Shown piece by piece: positions 1 to 9,027 of a stretch of 18,787 nt of DNA (positions are counted from its first letter, which is position 1; each line of letters opens with the position of its first letter). The notes beneath the pieces were generated by a model. It had not been told where the DNA came from and did no database searches. It was given only the letters and a program-made list of their open reading frames with translations. The stretch is from the NCBI RefSeq assembly GCF_006345805.1, contig NW_021824447.1, forward strand, positions 1 to 18,787, in the 5' to 3' direction. Origin of the DNA: Octopus sinensis. Lineage: Eukaryota. The translations under genes were made by a program, and so were the position numbers.

Positions 1-191
1 AGGAAGTTAAATTGAAAGGAAGATAAACTGGAATAGAAAGAGGTGGTAGTTGGGTGGGGGACAGATTTAAAATACAGGCTCAAAAATAAATCGGAGGAGA
101 CGAAGACTGGGAGGAAGAAATGGAAAGAAGTAACGAAGAGCAGCGAGGAATTAATCTAAAATTATATTTTGTAATGAATGTAAAAACGATA

Positions 192-224
192 GTGGTGGTG
201 GTGGTGGTGGTGGTGGTGGTGGTG
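192..224. repeat. (GGT)n microsatellite
   Basis: About 11 consecutive GGT units. Confidence 0.95.
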
Positions 225-229
225 AGAAA

Positions 230-433
230 CACAGATATACACATAGATATGTAAACACATACATGTATATATATATGTATGTACTTACGCGTATATGTAG
301 GTTATGTTACACATACATACATACTTGTGTCTGTGTGTCTGTGTAGGTATGAACATGTAGGTAGATACATAAGTAGGACAAAATGGCAGAAAGACAGAGA
401 AGCAGACATATATACACATACATACATACTTGC

Positions 434-483
<50 letters not shown>

Positions 484-600
484 ATGCATGTTGTATGTCT
501 GTGTGTGTGTTTATATATATGCTTGATGTATTTATATATGCATTTACACGTATTTATGTATGTATATGTGTGTCTATATGTATAAATGCATATATGCGTG
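230..600. repeat. Compound (TA)/(TG)/(CA) low-complexity region
   Basis: Pure (TG)n at about 447-478, with degenerate TA/TG/CATA repeats around it; explains the YI/CV-rich ORFs. Confidence 0.85.
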
Positions 601-635
601 TAAACACAAACAGTGAGCGTATGAGTGAGAGCAGA

Positions 636-811
636 GGGAAGAAGAAGGAGAAGAAGAAGAGGAAGAAGAAGAAGAAAAGAAGGAGAAGAAGAGAAGAAGA
701 AGAAGACGAAGAAGAAGAAGGTGAATACGAAGAAGAAGAAGAAGAAGAAGAAGAAGAAGAAGAAGAGAAGAAGAAGAAGAAGGTAATCGAGAGGTGAATA
801 AGAGAGGTGAA

Positions 812-842
<31 letters not shown>

Positions 843-895
843 AAGAAGAAGAAGAAGAAGAGAAGAAGAAGAAGAAGAAGAAGAAGAAGAAGACG
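636..895. repeat. Long interrupted (GAA)n purine tract
   Basis: About 260 bp of GAA units with few interruptions; source of the poly-E/K/R and poly-S/L/F ORFs. Confidence 0.95.
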
Positions 896-1679
896 ACAAA
901 GAAGAGATACAGAAAGAAAAATACAAAGAAAGACAAGTTCTTTACATAATATTGTCCATATTCTTTATATTTTATATTGTTCTGGTATTTCCTTGCCTCT
1001 TTTAGAATTGTTTTGCGTTTGAAGACAACAACCAATGAAGTGTTTGGATATAACCTTACGTTTGTAGTTAGTGCGAACATTTCAAGAATGAAGAGAGAGA
1101 AAGAAAGAGAGTGAGAGAGGGAAAAAAAATCAAGATGGGCGTGCGTATGATTTCTTTTGCTAAAACCTGTCTTTCAACATTAAGATAACATGATAGACAA
1201 CTGGAATTTCACTGAAATAAATAAATTTATATATAAATAAATAAATGCTGCTGTGGAATTGTAGGGGAAATTGGCGAAAATGAAGATAGAAAGGAAAACA
1301 GAAAGATAGAAAATGGTGGAGAAGAGAGGAGTATAGAAGAAACAGAAAGGGGGAAGACAGTTATACATGTACAGCAATAATGAAGTTATGTATATATATA
1401 TAGAAAGGCGTCTTATGGAAGAGAGACAGGGTTGGGGAATATTTGAACAGAAAATTATGCTGGTGTTTCTGTTTTCTGCCTTTAATTCTTTCAGATTCTA
1501 ATCTAAGTATTTTTTTCGTTTTTGCAGAAAGAAAATCTCCCCAAATACGATTAAAATAAAATATCTAGATTGTAAAATAAATCTTATCTCTTGGATGACA
1601 CCACGAAATAAGAAAATATTTGTTTGTTATTTTTCATTAATATTAACGTAAGACGTTTTTTTTTTTTTGCTGCTGTATG

Positions 1680-1680
1680 A

Positions 1681-1752
<72 letters not shown>
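1680..1752. repeat. (ATT)n microsatellite
   Basis: About 24 perfect ATT units. Confidence 0.95.
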
Positions 1753-1754
<2 letters not shown>

Positions 1755-1862
1755 TCCTAATGTTTATTATTGCATTATGAAAGATTGTTTGAAAAAGGAC
1801 ATTCAGATCGCGATAAGGCTTGCGTTGTTGATACAGCAGTGATATTAGGGCTTCGTGGTATT

Positions 1863-1865
<3 letters not shown>

Positions 1866-1944
<79 letters not shown>

Positions 1945-1999
1945 TACATATACATATATACATACACACACTCACACACACACATATATACATATATAT

Positions 2000-2041
<42 letters not shown>

Positions 2042-2044
2042 TAC

Positions 2045-2125
<81 letters not shown>

Positions 2126-2150
2126 TATATATATACATATACATATATGC

Positions 2151-2183
<33 letters not shown>

Positions 2184-2230
2184 CACTCTCTCTAAATATA
2201 TTTGTATGTATATGTGTGTGTGTGTGTGCG
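1866..2230. repeat. (TA)n plus compound TA/CA/TG microsatellite
   Basis: Perfect (TA)n at 1866-1938, then TA/CA mosaics. Confidence 0.95.
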
Positions 2231-3156
2231 TGTGTGGAAAATAGTGGGAACGAAGAAGCTTTCTTTAAAATCAAATGATAACGCGCATATCCTTAGTCAC
2301 TTAGGGAAAATGTTCCCCCCTTCCCTATAAAACTCCCGAATATATTTGGTTAACAGAACACAATGTTTTAGTTGAGATGGTTGCCACTCTGGGCAGCGAC
2401 ACATTTTTAGAATCTGTCAGAAGACAAATTTAACTGAAATGCTGGCAAAGCACTAACTTATATTTTCTACAAATATTTTTGGTTCTATTCCTCCGGTATA
2501 AATAAAGTTGTTATACAACATTCTTGAAACAATAATTTAATCAATAAAATCGAGAAAATATTTAAAACTGACGCTGCAAATGTGAAGATTATAAAAGAGT
2601 ACAAACTCATAGAATCATCCTTACTTGTTCTCCATAAATGGTAAGATCTAAGATAACTATAAAGTTTAATTTCATTGGAAATATGTTAGAATGTTTCACG
2701 ATGTTCGAAGAATTTTACATAATTCCTAGAAGAGAATTTACGCGAATAATTCGCGATGCCGATAAGCAGAAATGATATTCAAGCTGTTACTGATTGCTTG
2801 ATCCCTAACACTTCTGTATGATTTGGTGAGGTATCGTTAATGCTATTTAAGAATGGCTTAGACAGCATAATTAAGCCTTTACTTATATTTTAAACACAAC
2901 TTGGAGGTGGGCATTTTGCCAACAAAAATATATGCAAAAGTTATTCCTGTGTCTAAGTCTAGATATAACAACCCCCAACCTCAGCACTTATCGTTCACTT
3001 TTTTTAATATAAATACCATTGAAAAAAAATTATGGTTTCGTAAATCGTTAACTTTTATAATTCTATACGTCAGATCCTTTAAAAAAATTAGATCTTAGAC
3101 AGTTGATGCTAGTGACGCTTCGTCTAAACCCGAATTATTTATCTGATTGTCAATGC

Positions 3157-3401
3157 CAATAGTTCTCAACCAGGGTTCGTATCACCCTTGGGGGTTCGTA
3201 TAAGCTTAACATTTATGCGCAAAAATTGCTTATATTTCTATCAGATACAAAATACTTTAACATTTTTTAATACAATTCTTAATAATATTTAATTATAAAA
3301 ATAAGATATTTAATTATAAATATAGGATGTTATGATAGCCCATCCGAATTAAAGAAGGATCAAAGGTGGGTACACGGGCATAAAATGATTGAGAAACATT
3401 G
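3157..3401. mobile_element. Non-autonomous hAT (Charlie-like) MITE, 245 bp
   Basis: 15-bp imperfect TIRs caatagttctcaacc (3157-3171) and gattgagaaacattg (3387-3401), 12/15 complementary, resembling the hAT-Charlie end CAGTGGTTCTCAACC. Degenerate 8-bp flanks gtcaatgc / gtctaacc (5/8). AT-rich interior, no ORF. Confidence 0.75.
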
Positions 3402-3514
3402 GTCTAACCTGAAATAAGAAAAAAAAAAGCGTTTTATGTCACCGAACTCTAATAATAAAATTATAACACAGCAGCAACGTGCTGGTAAATGTGTTTCCGT
3501 GCCGGACAGAATGC

Positions 3515-3720
3515 GCGAGATGGCAGGAACGTTAGCACGACGAGCGAAATGCGTAGCCGTATTTCGTCTGCCGCTACGTTCTGAGTTCAAATTCCGCCGA
3601 AGTCGACTTTGCCTTTCATCCTTTAGGGGTCGATAAATTAAGTACCAGTTGCGTACTGAGGCTGATCTAATCGACTGGCCACTCCAGTCAAATTTCTGGC
3701 CCTCTGCTTAGAGTAGAAAA
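3515..3720 (+). mobile_element. tRNA-derived SINE, family 1, full head (array unit 1)
   Basis: A-box-like tggcaggaacgttagc, B box gagttcaaattcc (3583-3595), central domain gcctttcatcctttaggggtcgataaattaagtaccag, tail agagtagaaaa. A truncated extra head precedes it at 3479-3514. Confidence 0.9.
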
Positions 3721-3880
3721 TATTTTTTCCGGTTCTTTACGTTCTGAGTTCAAATTCCCCCGAGGTCGACTTTGCCCTTCATCCTTTCGGGGTCGATAAA
3801 TTAAGTACCAGTTGCGTATTGGGATCGATCTAATCGACTGCCCCAAAAATTTTGGGCCTTGTGCCTAGAGTAGAAGAGAA
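3721..3880 (+). mobile_element. tRNA-derived SINE, family 1, head-truncated (array unit 2)
   Basis: Starts at tattt just upstream of the B box; same central domain and agagtagaagagaa tail as unit 1. Confidence 0.9.
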
Positions 3881-4052
3881 TATGTCTTCCGTCTCTTTAC
3901 GTTCTGCGTTCAAATTCCGCCGAGGTCGACTTTGCTTTCATCTTATCAGGGACAATAAAATAAGTACCAGTTGAATACTGGGGGAGGGGTCGATGTAACC
4001 GATTTCTCCTTCCCCTCAGAACTGTTAGCCTCGTGCCAAAATTAGAAATCAA
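3881..4052 (+). mobile_element. tRNA-derived SINE, family 1, head-truncated (array unit 3)
   Basis: Starts at the same head position as unit 2, but has a different tail type (gtgccaaaattagaaatc). Confidence 0.85.
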
Positions 4053-4252
4053 ATAAGAAAGAACTAATAGCAAAATTGCAGCTCTATGCTCGTTAGGTCA
4101 TCTGTTGGTCGATATTGTTTATATATTTAGAGGACAAGGGAAGATTTTTGAAAAAGCTGAATAGTTACCCATGCGTGCAACTCTCTCCTCCTCCACGCCA
4201 CCAAGAGAAAGGCTACCGATCTGGACCGATACAGCTTAGCACCAATGTCGTC

Positions 4253-4445
4253 TCAGAATACAAAAAGCCAGAATAAATACTACAAGGCACCTTGACCATT
4301 CTCTAACAGTTCCGCTATTCTACGGTCCAACATTGGTCCTTTTTTTTATCGATATCGAATGGATGAAGATAAAGTTAACTTTGGTGGGATTCGAACTCAA
4401 AGCGCAAAGTTGGAACAAATACTGCGAAGCAGTCTATCCAACCTA
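4253..4445 (-). mobile_element. Two degenerate family-1 SINE fragments
   Basis: Minus strand has a perfect B box gagttcgaatccc (4386-4398) followed by a degenerate cttcatccattcgatatcgataaa domain; a second head lies at 4325-4253. Confidence 0.6.
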
Positions 4446-4710
4446 CATCAAACTCCAGTCCTTGATGTGATGTGATGGCTTGTATGAGAGCTAAGCCAGC
4501 GGACTGCAAGCTCCTGGTAGCGTTTTCGATACTGGATACGCCTAAGGACAGAGGCCAGACTAACATGGATCATCTCTTCTCAGTGATATAAATGGATTAA
4601 CGTAGGGCCAACGACGCTATCTAGAAATAAAGTAACGTTACAGAAGCATTGATGATAGTTCAAAATCAAAAAGATTTGGATAGAGATGGTCTTCTCTCGG
4701 GAATACGTAA

Positions 4711-4872
4711 CTTGGTGCAGCAAAATTCGAAAGAACTGAAGCAGAGCTGAAAAAGCAGGGATCCAGCTGGGGAGAAGCAGAAACGATAACTCAGAGTCGA
4801 GATGAGTGGAGACAAGTCGTCAAGGGCGTATGTTCAAGGGGGATTAAAGGGTTTAAGCAAGGAGATAAGTAA
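4711..4872 (+). mobile_element. 3' terminus of an RTE-clade LINE ORF2 (relic)
   Basis: Frame from 4732 reads RTEAELKKQGSSWGEAETITQSRDEWRQVVKGVCSRGIKGFKQGDK*. This matches the C-terminal W..A...AQ.R..WR..V.GLCS signature of SR2/Perere-3-type RTE elements (recalled consensus). Ends in gataagtaa. Too short for the ORF track. Confidence 0.8.
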
Positions 4873-4884
4873 TTCTATCCGACT

Positions 4885-5220
4885 CTCCAACGTCTAAGCC
4901 AATTTGCCACTTTTGTCCTTCGTTATACGACATGCAGCGAGTTGGGAGTCTCAAAGTTACACTGTGAATAGAATAGGGTTTCTTGATCTGGGGAACATCT
5001 AAACCTTGAGAAACTATTAAAGCGAAATGTGTTACCCAAGGTTCAATACTCAGCCTACTATTATTTACGATCTACAAACAGCAGACGATACTGCACTCTG
5101 CATGACGATAAAACATTGTTTGAAATACAGAACTGGGAACTAATCAATATGTAATATTTACAATGCTGGCTTTATTTAAAGAAACTGGCCATAAAAACAA
5201 AGACAAGCAATCATTGTTTG
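4885..5220 (+). pseudogene. Heavily decayed reverse transcriptase of a CR1/L2/Jockey-type LINE
   Basis: RT motifs in the correct order with frameshifts and deletions: SN.KPI..LLS (about 4885-4920), GFLDL (4976-4990), CVTQGSILSLLLFTIY (5028-5075, compare GVPQGSILxPLLFxIY) and ADDTAL (5081-5098, YADD box). Confidence 0.75.
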
Positions 5221-5373
5221 TTTAATTCAAGTGCTGGTCGTGGAAGTAGTAGGAGTGAGAGTAGTCATAAGACCATTGCCTGTTCAATGAGTGTAAGTGA
5301 TACAGAGAAGAGACTTGAATGGCTTATTCAATAACTCATCTTTTTCTAAATGATGTAGATGAAGTAGATGACT

Positions 5374-5378
5374 GATGC

Positions 5379-5454
<76 letters not shown>

Positions 5455-5458
5455 GATG
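5374..5458. repeat. (GAT)n microsatellite
   Basis: About 24 perfect GAT units. Confidence 0.95.
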
Positions 5459-5905
5459 AAATTAAGTGGATTCAAGATGTTAATTTAATCAACTTAAAAC
5501 ATTTGAAAAATCTATCTTTGTTATAGAGAAATGGCAAAAGTCCCTTGCAATAAACGCATTTATAAGCTTTTATCTCTCCCTCGTGACGCTACATCTAAAT
5601 CATTATTATCTAGTTTCGAGGAGAAGGAAACAAAAAATGCAAGTTAATCGATACGATGCTGCACCGAAAATCTTGATAAAAATGGCAATGAGGATGGAAC
5701 AGAAGAAATATTCCAATAGTCCAAAGTGAACTTTTGTTGAAGAATTGCGCCGCTTTAACTACAAGGGAATCGTTTCATGATCAACATTACTTCATTTATA
5801 AATAACTTCATAGAATATTTATTCCAAAATTTTTTCATGAAATAGTTGTAAAAGCTAACAGGGCTGGATTATAGACCGTTCTCCGTCTAGACAGGATACA
5901 TATAT

Positions 5906-5907
<2 letters not shown>

Positions 5908-5948
<41 letters not shown>

Positions 5949-5984
5949 TGTGTGCGTGTGTGTGCATGTGTGTGTGTGTGTGTG
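5908..5984. repeat. (TG)n microsatellite
   Basis: Interrupted TG repeat. Confidence 0.95.
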
Positions 5985-6310
5985 CATGATTGTTATATTA
6001 GTGTACATGTAGGAGAAAACGTAAGATATCTCCCATCAGAAATTCTTCAGATAGAGCATCAAATAATACCTATTTTTTTATTCTCTGTCTGAAGAATTTC
6101 AAATAGGAGATGTCTTATATATTTTCTCCCCCATGTACTTCTGTTATGTACTTCTATAATAGAAGTTTTGTAACTTCTATTAGCGAATGAAACACATGTA
6201 ATGGTGAATAGATAATACCAAAAAAAGAAAAAATACCAATCTCTTGTTTTAATTTCTAATAAATGTAGAATGCCATAAATTTTAATTAAAGGTATAGTCA
6301 ATTAAATCGA

Positions 6311-6440
6311 CGGTAGTATTTGACTGGTACTTTAAAGATTACAGAAAGATAAAAGGTAAAGTTGACCTTGGTGAGATTTGAACCCCGGCCGTAAACGACC
6401 TCAATTACATATCGCGAAGTATTTTTGTCTGGTGCTCTCT
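6311..6440 (-). mobile_element. Degenerate family-1 SINE
   Basis: Minus strand reads ggggttcaaatctcaccaaggtcaactttacc...taaagtaccagtcaaatact. Confidence 0.6.
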
Positions 6441-6442
6441 AC

Positions 6443-6677
6443 GGTAGAGAGCTGGTAGAATCGTTAGCACGCCGGGCGAAATGCTTAGCAGTATTTCGTC
6501 CGCTGTTACGTTCTGAGTTCAAATTCTGCCGGGGTTGACTTTGCCTTTAATCCTTTCGGGGTCGATAAATTAAGTACCAGTTACGCACTGGGGGCGATGT
6601 AATCGACTTAATCCCTTTGTCTGTCCTTGTTTGTCCCCTCTATGTTTAGCTCCTGGTGGGCAATAAAGAAATAAGAA
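6443..6677 (+). mobile_element. tRNA-derived SINE, family 1, full length (dimer left monomer)
   Basis: Head gagagctggtagaatcgttagcacgccgggcg, B box gagttcaaattc, central domain, tail gtgggcaataaagaaataagaa. Confidence 0.92.
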
Positions 6678-6874
6678 ACGTCAGCACGCCGGGCGAAATG
6701 CTTAGTGGTATTTCGTCTGCCGTTACGTTCTGAATTCAAATTCCGTCGGGTTCGACTTTGCCTTTCATCCTTTTGTGGTCGATTAGATAAGTACCAGTTA
6801 CGCACTAAGTTCGAAGTAATCGACTCAGCCCCTACCCCTGAAATGCTGGCCTTGTGCTAAAATTAGAAACCAAT
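6678..6874 (+). mobile_element. tRNA-derived SINE, family 1 (dimer right monomer, A-box truncated)
   Basis: Begins acgtcagcacgccgggcgaaatgc directly after the left tail; ends gtgctaaaattagaaaccaat. Confidence 0.9.
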
Positions 6875-6880
6875 GTATTC

Positions 6881-7041
6881 ATAAGGCTTGAGATTTGGTG
6901 GGGAAGGAATCAGTCGATTAATCAACCCCAGTACCATACGGGTACGTTATGCCATCGATCCTAATAGGATGAAAGGCAAAATTTACCTCTGTGGGAATTG
7001 AACTCAGAACGACGCGCTCACGATTCTGCCAGTTCGCCGCC
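6881..7041 (-). mobile_element. Family-1 SINE with internal head deletion
   Basis: Minus strand reads ggcggcgaactggcagaatcg...gttctgagttcaattccc...gcctttcatcc. Confidence 0.85.
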
Positions 7042-7042
7042 T

Positions 7043-7278
7043 TAAGAAGAATCATAATAATTCCGTCTGAGTTTGGTAAAGGGACAGTAATTTTGAAGGG
7101 AAGGGATAAGACGATTACATAGGCACCAGTACATAACTGGTACTTTATTATAGTGACCCTGAGAGGGTGAAACGCAGAGGTGACCTCCGCGGGATTTGAG
7201 CTCCGGGCATCGAGAACCGGCAGAAATGCCGCTAAACATTTCGCCCGACAGGCCAACGATCCTGTCCGCTCGCCACCT
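7043..7278 (-). mobile_element. Family-1 SINE with ATT-type tail
   Basis: Minus strand head ggtggcgagcggacaggatcg, B box gagctcaaatccc, aataaagtaccag, tail attattatgattcttc. Confidence 0.8.
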
Positions 7279-7279
7279 T

Positions 7280-7491
7280 AATAATACTTTCTGCTATAGA
7301 GACAAGGCCTGAAATTTCGAGGAAGGGTATTAACCGATTACATCGACCTCAGTGCAAAAATGATATTTATTTCTTGACCGTTAAAGGATATAAGTCGATC
7401 TCAGAGGTATTTGATCTCAGAATGTAAAGACGGACGAAATAACGATAAGCATTTTGTTCGGCATGTTAACCATTCTGTCAGTTCGTCAGAC
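7280..7491 (-). mobile_element. Degenerate family-1 SINE
   Basis: Minus strand reads gacgaactgacagaatgg...atttcgtccgtctttacattctgagatcaaatacc..., tail ctatagcagaaagtattatt. Confidence 0.8.
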
Positions 7492-7802
7492 TCTTCATTT
7501 CTTTAAATTCTATTACACCAGGTCATATTATTATTAAGTTAGACACAGTCTAGATCTCATAGAAAACGAAAACCTATTAAAATATATGGAAGTTAAGTTA
7601 TAAGTTTATATAACGTTAATAAACAGAAATTTGTTCAATATTGCAGTATATCTCAGTCAAGTTTGAACGGATGTAATATTAATAAACGATATTTTATACA
7701 TGCTATTTCAAGAGCCTTTTTGGAGTTTTCTATGTTATTTCTGGTTTTTAAAAAAAAAATTTTTTTTTAAGATATGAATGGTCTGGAAGACAGCTTATGC
7801 TA

Positions 7803-7813
7803 AGATAATAATG

Positions 7814-7891
<78 letters not shown>

Positions 7892-7932
7892 TTATAATAA
7901 TAATAATAATGGTGATGATGATGATGATAATA
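7803..7932. repeat. (AAT)n microsatellite
   Basis: About 40 AAT/GAT units. Confidence 0.95.
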
Positions 7933-8298
7933 AAACACTCGCCTGTTTGATTGTTTAACTGCAAATGCCCCAGTTTTTCGATATACAATCGTTTACCTTA
8001 CATATGTGATTTTTTAATTTTTTTATTCCTGCTCAATTATATTACCTGATTATATATATATATACTTAGTTGTATATATGTTTGTATAGAAACACGCACA
8101 CATACATACGCACGCACGTCACGTACACATATATCTATGCCTGTATCTCTTTCTATAAATATACGTGTGTGTTGTGCAAGTATATGTATATATATGTGTG
8201 TGTGTGTGTTTGTGTATACATGTATTTATATATGCACTGTGTGTGTGTGTGCGTTTTTAACCAATTTATTGCAGATAGTCAAATAAAGCAACCGACCG

Positions 8299-8330
<32 letters not shown>

Positions 8331-8404
8331 TGTATGTATGTATGTATGTATGTATGCATGTATGTATGTATGTATGTATGTATGTATGTATGTATGTATG
8401 TATG
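8299..8404. repeat. (TATG)n microsatellite
   Basis: About 25 TATG units. Confidence 0.95.
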
Positions 8405-8644
8405 TGTCTGTGTGTGTATGTGCGAAAGTATCTACGAGGTTCAACCGTAGTTAAAGGAAGACGAAGAGGAAATTAAAAAAAAAAAACGTTTGTTATTCTT
8501 GGAATATGGCGGATAGTAATCCCAAACACAAAGTATTTGGCAATATGGCAGTACTCATAATTAAAATAATGATTTTCCATATTGGCACAAAAGCCAGACA
8601 TTTTTTGAGCACTCATAGGACGACGGTAGGGGGGGGATAGTAAT

Positions 8645-8660
8645 ATAAACATATATATAC

Positions 8661-8710
<50 letters not shown>

Positions 8711-8740
8711 TGTTGTGTGTGTGTGTGTGTGTGTATATAA
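8645..8740. repeat. (TA)n/(TG)n microsatellite
   Basis: Direct reading of the sequence. Confidence 0.9.
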
Positions 8741-8924
8741 TCAATTGCAATACAATAGTGTTGCCTATTTTATCGGCCCAGGAGGGTTGAGGCTAAAAGT
8801 CAGGATGGGAAGTAAAGTCACTGGGTTAGAATTAATAAAATTAATTAAAGAATATAGTTATATATTATATATTAGCCCAACTAAAAGCTTGCTGATTAGG
8901 GTACTTCAGTGCGTTCTAGGGTAG

Positions 8925-9027
8925 GAGAGAACCTCGTAGTCGCACCTCCACGCCACGTCAGCGTATGCTTTCTCTTGGGTGTACGCAAAGGTTGAGTGGA
9001 CATGACCTCGGTCGTGACTAACGGGGT
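8925..9027 (+). ncRNA. Candidate HDV-like ribozyme (atypical or degenerate) at the RTE 5' end
   Basis: P1 GAGAGAA (8925-31) / UUCUCUU (8970-76) with G1.U wobble, followed by GGG. L3-like UCCACGC (8947-53). P4-like hairpin at 9001-9016. J4/2-like CUAA (9018-21), then CGGGG pairing with CCUCG (8932-36). P3/L3 spacing is non-canonical. Confidence 0.4.

Noticed and set aside
1770-1860. Short unique frame [28 protein letters not shown] between repeats
   Set aside because: No convincing splice sites and no recognisable homology
3515-4052. SINE array as a CRISPR-like or ribozyme-containing tandem repeat
   Set aside because: Units are SINE bodies with Pol III boxes; no repeat-spacer structure and no hammerhead core seen
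4181-4211. Shares ctccacgccac and (inverted) ctttctcttgg with 8946-8978
   Set aside because: The 11-mers are in incompatible order and orientation; chance matches of this length are expected in an 18.8-kb two-strand comparison
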